Assembly (NCBI GenBank): GCA_964016885.1
Contig: CAXHJY010001472.1
Coordinates: 744,001 to 808,000 of the forward strand
Reading direction: 5' to 3'
Length of the DNA: 64,000 nucleotides
Origin: Eledone cirrhosa
Taxonomy: Eukaryota
Each line of letters begins with the position of its first letter. Position 1 is the first letter of the stretch. Under the pieces are notes generated by a model. The model saw nothing but the letters and a program-made list of their open reading frames with translations, was not told where the DNA came from and made no database searches. The position numbers and the translations under genes were made by a program. This document shows, one piece after another, positions 53,601 through 64,000 of this stretch.

Positions 53601-56600
53601 CCTGATTTTTTTTTTACAAATTATCTCCCCCTGATTTTTTTTTTTACAAATTATCTCCCCCTGATTTTTTTTAACAAATTATCTCCGCCTGATTTTTTTA
53701 AAAAAATTATCTCCCCTTGGACGGCTGGAAATTATCTCCCCTTGGACGGCTGGAAATTATCTCCCCTTGGACGGCTAGAAATTACCTCTCCTTGGACGGC
53801 TGAAAATTATCTCCCCTTGGACGGCTGCAAATTATCTCCCCTTGATTTTTTTTACAAATTATCTCCCCTTGATTTTTTTTTATAAATTATCTCCCCCTGA
53901 TTTTTTTTACAAATTATCTTCCCTTGGACGGCTGGAAATTATCTCCCCTTGGAAGGATGGAAATTATCTCCCCTTGGACGGCTGGAAATTATCTCCCCTT
54001 GCACGGCTGGAAATTATCTCCCCTTGGACAGCTGGAAATTATCTGCCCTTGATTTTTTTTTTACAAATTATCTCCCCCTGATTTTTTTTTACAAATTATC
54101 TCCCCCTGATTTTTTTTTTACAAATTATCTCCGCCTGATTTTTTTTTAAAATTATCTCCCCTTGGACGGCTGGAAATTATCTCCCCTTGGACGGCTGGAA
54201 ATTATCTTCCCTTGGACGGCTAGAAATTACCTCTCCTTGGACGGCTGAAAATTATCTCCCCTTGGACGGCTGGAAATTATCTCCCCTTGATTTTTTTACA
54301 AATTATCTGCCCCTGATTTTTTTTTACAAATTATCTCCCCCTGATTTTTTTTTACAAATTATCTCCCCCTGATTTTTTTTTACAAATTATCTCCCCCTGA
54401 TTTTTTTTTTACAAATTATCTCCCCCTGATTTTTTTACAAATTATCTCCCCCTGATTTTTTTTACAATCTCCGCCTGATTTTTTAAAAAATTATCTTCCC
54501 TTGGCTGGCGGGAAATTATCTCCCCTTGGACGGCTGGAAATTATCTCCCCTTGGCTGGAAATTATCTCCCCTTGGACACTGGAAATTATAGCCCCTTGGA
54601 GGGCTGGAAATTATCTTCCCTTGGACGGCTGGAAATTATCTCCCCTTGATTTTTTTACAAATTATCTGCCCCTGATTTTTTTTTTACAAATTATCTCCCC
54701 CTGATTTTTTTTTACAAATTATCTACCCCTGATTTTTTTTACAAATTATCTCCCCCTGATTTTTTTTTTACAAATTGTCTCCCCCTGATTTTTTTAAAAA
54801 TGATCTCCCCTTGGACGGCTGGAAATGATCTCCCCTTGGCTGGTTGGAAATTATCTCCCCTTGGACCGCTAGAAATTATCTCTCCTTGGACGGCTGGAAA
54901 TTATTTCCCCTTGATTTTTATTACAAATCTCCCCCTAATTTAAAAAAAAATTATCTCCCCTTCGCTGGCTGGAAATTATCTCCCTTTGGACGGCTGGAAA
55001 TTATAGCCCCTTGTAGGGCTGGAAATTATCTCCCCTTGGACGGCTGGAAATTATCTCCCCTTGATTTTTTTTACAAATTATCTCCCCCTGATTTTTTAAA
55101 AAATGATCTCCCCTTGGACGGCTGGAAATGATCTCCCCTTGGCTGGTTGGAAATTATCTCCCCTTGGACCGCTAGAAATTATCTCTCCTTGGATGGCTGG
55201 AAATTATCTCCCCTTGATTTTTTTACAAATTATCTCCCCCTGATTTTTTTTACAAATCTCCCAGTGATTTTTAAAAAAAATTTTCTCCCCTTCGCTGGCT
55301 GGAAATTATCTCCCCTTGGACGCTGGAAATTATAGCCCCTTGGAAGGCTGGAAATTATCTTCCCTTGGACGGCTGGAAATTATCTCCCCTTGATTTTTTT
55401 TTACAAATTATCTCCCCCTGATTTTTTTTTTTACAAATTATCTCCCCCTGATTTTTTTTAACAAATTATCTCCGCCTGATTTTTTAAAAAAAATTATCTC
55501 CCTTTGGACGGCTGGAAATTATCTCCCCTTGGACGGCTGGAAATTATCTCCCCTTGGACGGCTAGAAATTACCTCTCCTTGGACGGCTGAAAATTATCTC
55601 CCCTTGGACGGCTGCAAATTATCTCCCCTTGATTTTTTTTACAAATTATCTCCCCTTGATTTTTTTTTACAAATTATCTCCCCCTGATTTTTTTTACAAA
55701 TTATCTTCCCTTGGACGGCTGGAAATTATCTCCCCTTGGAAGGATGGAAATTATCTCCCCTTGGACGGCTGGAAATTATCTCCCCTTGCACGGCTGGAAA
55801 TTATCTCCCCTTGGACAGCTGGAAATTATCTGCCCTTGATTTTGTTTTTACAAATTATCTCCCCCTGATTTTTTTTACAAATTATCTCCACCTGATTTTT
55901 TTAAAAATTATCTCCCCTTGGACGGCTGGAAATTATCTCCCCTTGGCTGGAAATTATCTCCCCTTGGACGGCTAGAAATTATCTCTCTTTGGACGGCTGG
56001 AAATTATCTCCCTTTGATTTTTTTAACAAATTATCTCCCTCTGATTTTTTTTACAAATCTCCCCCTGATTTTTTTAAAAAAATTATCTCCCCTTCGCTGG
56101 CTGGAAATTATCTCCCCTTGGACACTGGAAATTATAGCCCCCTGGAGGGCTGGAAATTATCTTCCCTTGGACGGCTGGAAATTATCTCCCCTTGATTTTT
56201 TTTACAAATTATCTCCCCCTGATTTTTTTTTACAAATTATCTCCCCCTGATTTTTTTTACAAATTATCTCCCCCTGATTTTTTTTACAAATTATCTCCCC
56301 CTGATATTTTTTTTAGAAATTATCTCCGCCTGATTTTTTTTTTAAAATTATCTCCCCTTGGACGGCTGGAAATTATCTCCCCTTGGACGGCTGGAAATTA
56401 TCTCCCCTTGAACGGCTAGAAATTACCTCTCCTTGGACGGCTGAAAATTATCTCCCCTTGGACGGCTGCAAATTATCTCCCCTTGATTTTTTTTACAAAT
56501 TATCTCCCCCTGATTTTTTTTTTACAAATTATCTCCCCCTGATTTTTTTTTTACAAATCTCCGCCTGATTTTAAAAAAAAATTATCTCCCCTTGGACGGC

Positions 56601-59600
56601 TGGAAATTATCTCCCCTTGGACGGCTGGAAATTATTTTCCCTTGGACGGCTAGAAATTACCTCTCCTTGGACGGCTGAAAATTATCTCCCCTTGGACGGC
56701 TGGAAATTATCTCCCCTTGATTTTTTTACAAATTATCTGCCCCTGATTTTTTTTTTACAAATTATCTCCCCCTGATTTTTTTAAAAATGATCTCCCCTTG
56801 GACGGCTGGAAATGATCTCCCCTTGGCTGGTTGGAAATTATCTCCCCTTGGACCGCTAGAAATAATCTCTCCTTGGACGGCTGGAAATTATCTCCCCTTG
56901 ATTTTTTTTACAAATCTCCCCCTAATTTAAAAAAAAATTATCTCCCCTTCGCTGGCTGGAAATTATCTCCCTTTGGACGGCTGGAAATTATAGCCCCTTG
57001 TAGGGCTGGAAATTATCTCCCCTTGGACGGCTGGAAATTATCTCCCCTTGATTTTCTTTACAAATTATCTCCCCCTGACTTTTTAAAAAATGATCTCCCC
57101 TTGGACGGCTGGAAATGATCTCCCCTTGGCTGGTTGGAAATTTTCTCCCCTTGGACGGCTGAAAATTATCTCCCCTTGGACGGCTGCAAATTATCTCCCC
57201 TTGATTTTTTTTACAAATTATCTCCCCTTGATTTTTTTTTACAAATTATCTCCCCCTGATTTTTTTTACAAATTATCTTCCCTTGGACGGCAGGAAATTA
57301 TCTCCCCTTGGAAGGATGGAAATTATCTCCCCTTGGACGGCTGGAAATTATCTCCCCTTGCACGGCTGGAAATTATCTCCCCTTGGACAGCTGGAAATTA
57401 TCTGCCCTTGATTTTGTTTTTACAAATTATCTCCCCCTGATTTTTTTTACAAATTATCTCCACCTGATTTTTTTAAAAATGATCTCCCCTTGGACGGCTG
57501 GAAATGATCTCCCCTTGGCTGGTTGGAAATTTTCTCCCCTTGGACCGCTAGAAATTATCTCTCCTTGGACGGCTGGAAATTATCTCCCCTTGATTTTTTT
57601 ACAAATTATCTCCCCCTGATTTTTTTTACAAATCTCCCAGTGATTTTTTAAAAAAATTATCTCCCCTTCGCTGGCTGGAAATTATCTCCCCTTGGACGCT
57701 GGAAATTATAGCCCCTTGGAGGGCTGGAAATTATCTTCCCTTGGACGGCTGGAAATTATCTCCCCTTGATTTTTTTTACAAATTATCTCCCCCTGATTTT
57801 TTTTTACAAATTATCTCCCCCTGATTTTTTTTACAAATTATCTCCCCCTGATTTTTTTTAACAAATTATCTCCCCTTGGACGGCTGGAAATTATCTCCCC
57901 TTGGACGGCTGGAAATTATCTCCCCTTGGACGGCTAGAAATTACCTCTCCTTGGACAGCTGAAAATTATCTCCCCTTGGACGGCTGCAAATTATCTCCCC
58001 TTGATTTTTTTTTACAAATTATCTCCCCCTGATTTTTTTTACAAATTATCTCCCCCTGATTTTTTTTACAAATTATCTCCCCCTGATTTTTTTTACAAAA
58101 TATCTCCCCCTGATTTTTTTACAAATTATCTCCCCCTGATTTTTTTTACAATCTCCGCCTGATTTTTTTAAAAATTATCTTGCCTTGGCTGGCTGGAAAT
58201 TATCTCCCCTTGGACGGCTGGAAATTATCTCCCCTTGGAAGGATGGAAATTATCTCCCCTTGGACGGCTGGAAATTATCTCCCCTTGCACGGCTGGAAAT
58301 TATCTCCCCTTGGACAGCTGGAAATTATCTGCCCTTGATTTTGTTTTTACAAATTATGTTCCCCTGATTTTTTTTACAAATTATCTCCACCTGATTTTTT
58401 AAAAAATTATCTCCCCTTGGACGGCTGGAAATTATCTCCCCTTGGTTGGAAATTATCTCCCCTTGGACGGCTAGAAATTATCTCTGTTTGGACGAATGGA
58501 AATTATCTCCCTTTGATTTTTTTAACAAATTATCTCCCTCTGATTTTTTTTACAAATCTCCCCCTGATTTTTTTAAAAAAATTATCTCCCCTTCGCTGGC
58601 TGGAAATTATCTCCCCTTGGACACTGGAAATTATAGCCCCCTGGAGGGCTGGAAATTATCTTCCCTTGGACGGCTGGAAATTATCTCCCCTTGATTTTTT
58701 TTACAAATTATCTCCCCCTGATTTTTTTTTTACAAATTATCTCCCCCTGATTTTTTTTACAAATTATCTCCCCCTGATTTTTTTACAAATTATCTCCGCC
58801 TGATTTTTTTAAAAATTATCTTCCCTTGGCTGGCGGGAAATTATCTCCCCTTGGACGGCTGGAAATTATCTCCCCTTGGAAGGATGGAAATTATCTCCCC
58901 TTGGACAGCTGGAAATTATCTCCCCTTGGACGGCTGAAAATTATCTCCCCTTGATTTTTTTTTTACAAATTATCTCCCCCTGATTTTTTTTTACAAATTA
59001 TCTCCCCCTGATTTTTTTTTTACAAATTATCTCTCCCTGATTTTTTTTTACAAATATCTCCCCTTGGCTGGCTGGAAATTATCTCCCCTTGGACGGTTGG
59101 AAATTATCTCCCCTTGGACGGCTGGAAATTATCTCCCCTTGAACGGCTGGAAATTATCTCCTCTTGGACGGCTGGAAATTATCTCCCCTTGGACGGCTGG
59201 AAATTATCTCCCCTTGGACCGCTAGAAATTATCTCTCCTTGGACGGCTGGAAATTATCTCCCCTTGATTTTTCTACAAATTATCTCGTCCTGATTTTTTT
59301 TACAAATCTCCCAGTGATTTTTAAAAAAAAATTATCTCCCCTTCGCTGGCTGGAAATTATCTCACCTTGGACGCTGGAAATTATAGCCCCTTGGAGGGCT
59401 GGAAATTATCTTCACTTGGACGGCTGGAAATTATCTCCCCTTGATTTTTTTTACAAATTATCTCCCCCTGATTTTTTTTTACAAATTATCTCCCCCGGAT
59501 TTTTTTTTATAAATTATCTCCCCCTGATTTTTTTTAACAAATTATCTCCGCCTGATTTTTAAAAAAAAATTATCTCCCCTTAGACGGCTGGAAATTATCT

Positions 59601-62600
59601 CCCCTTGGACGGCTGGAAATTATCTCCCCTTGGACGGCTAGAAATTAGACGGCTGAAAATTATCTCCCCTTGGACGGCTGCAAATAATCTCCCCTTGATT
59701 TTTTTTACAAATTATCTCCCCCTGATTTTTTTTTACAAATTATCTCCCCCTGATTTCTTTTTACAAATTATCTCCCCCTGATTTTTTTTTACAAATTATC
59801 TACCCCTGATTTTTTTTTACAAATTATCTCCCCCTGATTTTTTTTTACAAATAATCTCCCCCTGATTTTTTTTTACAAATTATCTCCCCCTGATTTTTTT
59901 TTTACAAATTATCTCCCCCTGATTTTTTTACAAATTATCTCCCCCTGATTTTTTTTACAATCTCCGCCTGATTTTTTAAAAAATGATCTCCCCTTGGACG
60001 GCTGGAAATGATCTCCCCTTGGCTGGTTGGAAATTATCTCCCCTTGGACCGCTAGAAATTATCTCTCCTTGGACGGCTGGAAATTATCTCCCCTTGATTT
60101 TTTTACAAATTATCTCCCCCTGATTTTTTTTACAAATCTCCCAGTGATTTTTTAAAAAAAATTATCTCCCCTTCGCTGGCTGGAAATTATCTCCCCTTGG
60201 ACGCTGGAAATTATAGCCCCCTTGGAGGGCTGGAAATTATCTTCCCTTGGACGGCTGGAAATTATCTCCCCTTGATTTTTTTTTACAAATTATCTCCCCC
60301 TGATTTTTTTTTACAAATTATCTCCGCCTGATTTTTAAAAAAAAATTATCTCCCCTTGGACGGCTGGAATTATCTCCCCTTGGACGGCTGGAAATTATCT
60401 CCCCTTGGACGGCTAGAAATTACCTCTCCTTGGACGGCTGAAAATTATCTCCCCTTGGACGGCTGCAAATTATCTCCCCTTGATTTTTTTTACAAATTAT
60501 CTTCCCCTGATTTTTTTTTACAAATTATCTACCCCTGATTTTTTTTACAAATTATCTCCCCCTGATTTTTTTTTACAAATTATCTCCCCCTGATTTTTTT
60601 TTACAAATTATCTCCCCCTGATTTTTTTACAAATTATCTCCCCCTGATTTTTTTTACAATCTCCGCCTGATTTTTTAAAAAATAATCTTCCCTTGGCTGG
60701 CGGGAAATTATCTCCCCTTGGACGGCTGGAAATTATCTCCCCTTGGAAGGATAGAAATTATCTCCCCTTGGACGGCTGGAAATTATCTCCCCTTGCACGG
60801 CTGGAAATTATCTCCCCTTGGACAGCTGGAAATTATCTGCCCTTGATTTTGTTTTTACAAATTATCTCCCCCTGATTTTTTTTACAAATTATCTCCACCT
60901 GATTTTTTAAAAAATTATCTCCCCTTGGACGGCTGGAAATTATCTCCCCTTGGCTGGAAATTATCTCCCCTTGGACGGCTAGAAATTATCTCTCTTTGGA
61001 CGGCTGGAAATTATCTCCCTTTGATTTTTTTACAAATTATCTCCCTCTGATTTTTTTTACAAATCTCCCCCTGATTTTTAAAAAAAAATTATCTCCCCTT
61101 CGCTGGCTGGAAATTATCTCCCCTTGGACACTGGAAATTATAGCCCCTTGGAGGGCTGGAAATTATCTTCCCTTGGACGGCTGGAAATTATCTCCCCTTG
61201 ATTTTTTTTACAAATTATCTCCCCCTGATATTTTTTTTACAAATTATCTCCCCCTGATTTTTTTACAAATTATCTCCCCCTGATTTTTTTTACAAATTAT
61301 CTCCGCCTGATTTTTTTAAATATTATCTTCCCTTGGCTGGCGGGAAATTATCTCCCCTTGGACGGTTGGAAATTATCTCCCCTTGCACTGCTGGAAATTA
61401 TCTCCCCTTGGACGGCTGGAAATTATCTCCCCTTGCACGGCTGGAAATTATCATCCCCTTGGACGGCTGAAAATTATCTCCCCTTGATTTTTTTTTACAA
61501 ATTATCTGCCCCTGATTTTTTTTTACAAATTATCTCCCCCTGATTTTTTTTTACAAATTATCTCCGCCTGATTTTTAAAAAAAAATTATCTCCCCTTAGA
61601 CGGCTGGAAATTATCTCCCCTTGGACGGCTGGAAATTATCTCCCCTTGGACGGCTAGAAATTGGACGGCTGAAAATTATCTCCCCTTGGACGGCTGCAAA
61701 TTATCTCCCCTTGATTTTTTTTACAAATTATCTCCCCCTGATTTTTTTTTACAAATTATCTCCCCCTGATTTTTTTTTTACAAATTATCTCCCCCTGATT
61801 TTTTTACAAATTATCTCCCCCTGATTTTTTTTACAATCTCCGCCTGATTTTTTAAAAAATTATCTTCCCTTGGCTGGCGGGAAATTATCTCCCCTTGGAC
61901 GGCTGGAAATTATCTCCCCTTGGCTGGAAATTATCTCCCCTTGGACACTGGAAATTATAGCCCCTTGGAGGGCTGGAAATTATCTTCCCTTGGACGGCTG
62001 GAAATTATCTCCCCTTGATTTTTTTACAAATTATCTGCCCCTGATTTTTTTTTACAAATTATCTCCCCCTGATTTTTTTTTACAAATTATCTACCCCTGA
62101 TTTTTTTTACAAATTATCTCCCCCTGATTTTTTTTTTACAAATTATCTCCCCCTGATTTTTTTAAAAATGATCTCCCCTTGGACGGCTGGAAATGATCTC
62201 CCCTTGGCTGGTTGGAAATTATCTCCCCTTGGACCGCTAGAAATTATCTCTCCTTGGACGGCTGGAAATTATTTCCCCTTGATTTTTTTTACAAATCTCC
62301 CCCTAATTTAAAAAAAAATTATCTCCCCTTCGCTGGCTGGAAATTATCTCCCTTTGGACGGCTGGAAATTATAGCCCCTTGTAGGGCTGGAAATTATCTC
62401 CCCTTGATTTTTTTTACAAATTATCTCCCCCTGATTTTTTTAAAAATGATCTCCCCTTGGACGGCTGGAAATGATCTCCCCTTGGCTGGTTGGAAATTAT
62501 CTCCCCTTGGACCGCTAGAAATTATCTCTCCTTGGATGGCTGGAAATTATCTCCCCTTGATTTTTCTACAAATTATCTCCCCCTGATTTTTTTTACAAAT

Positions 62601-64000
62601 CTCCCAGTGATTTTTAAAAAAAATTTTCTCCCCTTCGCTGGCTGGAAATTATCTCCCCTTGGACGCTGGAAATTATAGCCCCTTGGAAGGCTGGAAATTA
62701 TCTTCCCTTGGACGGCTGGAAATTATCTCCCCTTGATTTTTTTTACAAATTATCTCCCCCTGATTTTTTTTTTTACAAATTATCTCCCCCTGATTTTTTT
62801 TAACAAATTATCTCCCCTTTGACGGCTGGAAATTATCTCCCCTTGGACGGCTGGAAATTATCTCCCCTTGGACGGCTGGAAATTATCTCCCCTTGGACGG
62901 CTAGAAATTACCTCTCCTTGGACGGCTGAAAATTATCTCCCCTTGGACGGCTGCAAATTATCTCCCCTTGATTTTTTTTACAAATTATCTCCCCTTGATT
63001 TTTTTTACAAATTATCTCCCCCTGATTTTTTTTACAAATTATCTTCCCTTGGACGGCTGGAAATTATCTCCCCTTGGAAGGATGGAAATTATCTCCCCTT
63101 GGACGGCTGGAAATTATCTCCCCTTGCACGGCTGGAAATTATCTCCCCTTGGACAGCTGGAAATTATCTGCCCTTGATTTTGTTTTTACAAATTATCTCC
63201 CCCTGATTTTTTTTACAAATTATCTCCACCTGATTTTTTTAAAAATTATCTCCCCTTGGACGGCTGGAAATTATCTCCCCTTGGCTGGAAATTATCTCCC
63301 CTTGGACGGCTAGAAATTATCTCTCTTTGGACGGCTGGAAATTATCTCCCTTTGATTTTTTTAACAAATTATCTCCCTCTGATTTTTTTTACAAATCTCC
63401 CCCTGATTTTTTTAAAAAAATTATCTCCCCTTCGCTGGCTGGAAATTATCTCCCCTTGGACACTGGAAATTATAGCCCCCTGGAGGGCTGGAAATTATCT
63501 TCCCTTGGACGGCTGGAAATTATCTCCCCTTGATTTTTTTTACAAATTATCTCCCCCTGATTTTTTTTTACAAATTATCTCCCCCTGATTTTTTTTACAA
63601 ATTATCTCCCCCTGATTTTTTTTTACAAATTATCTCCCCCTGATATTTTTTTTACAAATTATCTCCGCCTGATTTTTAAAAAAAAATTATCTCCCCTTGG
63701 ACGGCTGGAAATTATCTCCCCTTGGACGGCTGGAAATTATCTCCCCTTGGACGGCTAGAAATTACCTCTCCTTGGACGGCTGAAAATTATCTCCCCTTGG
63801 ACGGCTGCAAATTATCTCCCCTTGATTTTTTTTACAAATTATCTCCCCCTGATTTTTTCTTTACAAATTATCTCCCCCTGATTTTTTTTTTACAAATCTC
63901 CGCCTGATTTTTAAAAAAAATTATCTCCCCTTGGACGGCTGGAAATTATCTCCCCTTGGACGGCTGGAAATTATCTTCCCTTGGACGGCTAGAAATTACC
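50655..64000 (+). repeat. Duplicate (at least 13.3 kb) of ~23300-36645 at offset 27,355-27,356 bp
   Basis: ORF pairs 23645/51000, 26101/53457, 28836/56192, 33000/60356, 36367/63722. Shared rare variants AAATTGTCTC (27421/54777) and TCTCCCTTTGG (~28141/~55497). Confidence 0.92.

Larger units (their letters stand above)
1..64000. repeat. Composite tandem satellite array of two ~25-30 bp monomer types sharing core AAATTATCTCCCC; runs off both window edges
   Basis: The core recurs every ~25-28 bp from first to last line, always in the same orientation. No non-repeat sequence was seen. Confidence 0.99.

Noticed and set aside
321-63907. Over 200 plus-strand ORFs of 60-184 aa (KLSPLGRLEIISPWTAGNYLPLDGW and TNYLPLIFF repeats)
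   Set aside because: Monomer A has no stop in any plus frame and supplies TTG starts. ORFs overlap in all frames, their ends depend on homopolymer length, and there is no domain or codon-level constraint.
1-64000. Complete absence of minus-strand ORFs
   Set aside because: Trivial. Each core gives TAA on the minus strand, cycling through frames, and the common minus-strand TTG start (from TTACAA) is immediately followed by TAA.
1-64000. CRISPR-like layout of constant repeat plus variable spacer
   Set aside because: The constant part is only 13-16 bp, spacers are ~9-14 bp and of just two recurring kinds rather than unique, and there is no leader or cas gene.
1-64000. Hidden unique insert, transposon, rDNA, tRNA or inversion within the array
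   Set aside because: Reading through the window I saw no departure from the two monomers, no reverse-complement core (GGGGAGATAATTT) on the plus strand, and no non-repeat peptide in the ORF track. A very short insert could have been missed by eye.
1-64000. Pure sequencing artefact (low-complexity chatter or rolling-circle concatemer)
   Set aside because: Nested, consistently shared variants and several different block offsets imply a real mutational history. Local misassembly of block order or copy number remains possible.

Overview
The whole 64 kb window is one uninterrupted, head-to-tail satellite DNA array. I found no unique sequence, inversion, gene, RNA gene or mobile element. It holds roughly 2,400-2,500 monomers (64 kb / ~26 bp) of two types sharing a 13-bp core, AAATTATCTCCCC. 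Type A is core+TTGGACGGCTGG (25 bp, 52% GC). Type B is core+CTGA(T)7-11AC (26-30 bp, ~30% GC). A and B alternate in short runs with stereotyped junction monomers. The runs form a few recurring cassettes, the cassettes form a ~6.5-8.2 kb higher-order repeat (HOR, about 8 copies), and the HORs were re-duplicated as near-identical blocks at offsets of 16,956, 25,118 and 27,355 bp. Diagnostic variants locate an apparent unequal crossover near 3.9-4.1 kb, two local tandem duplications (510 and 1,047 bp), and a more diverged, more complete HOR region at 42-50.6 kb. All ORFs in the track are translation artefacts of the repeat. The architecture resembles eukaryotic (peri)centromeric or subtelomeric satellite, but I do not recognise the family and cannot assign organism or function. 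Offsets were read from the ORF track and checked by eye; breakpoints are approximate.
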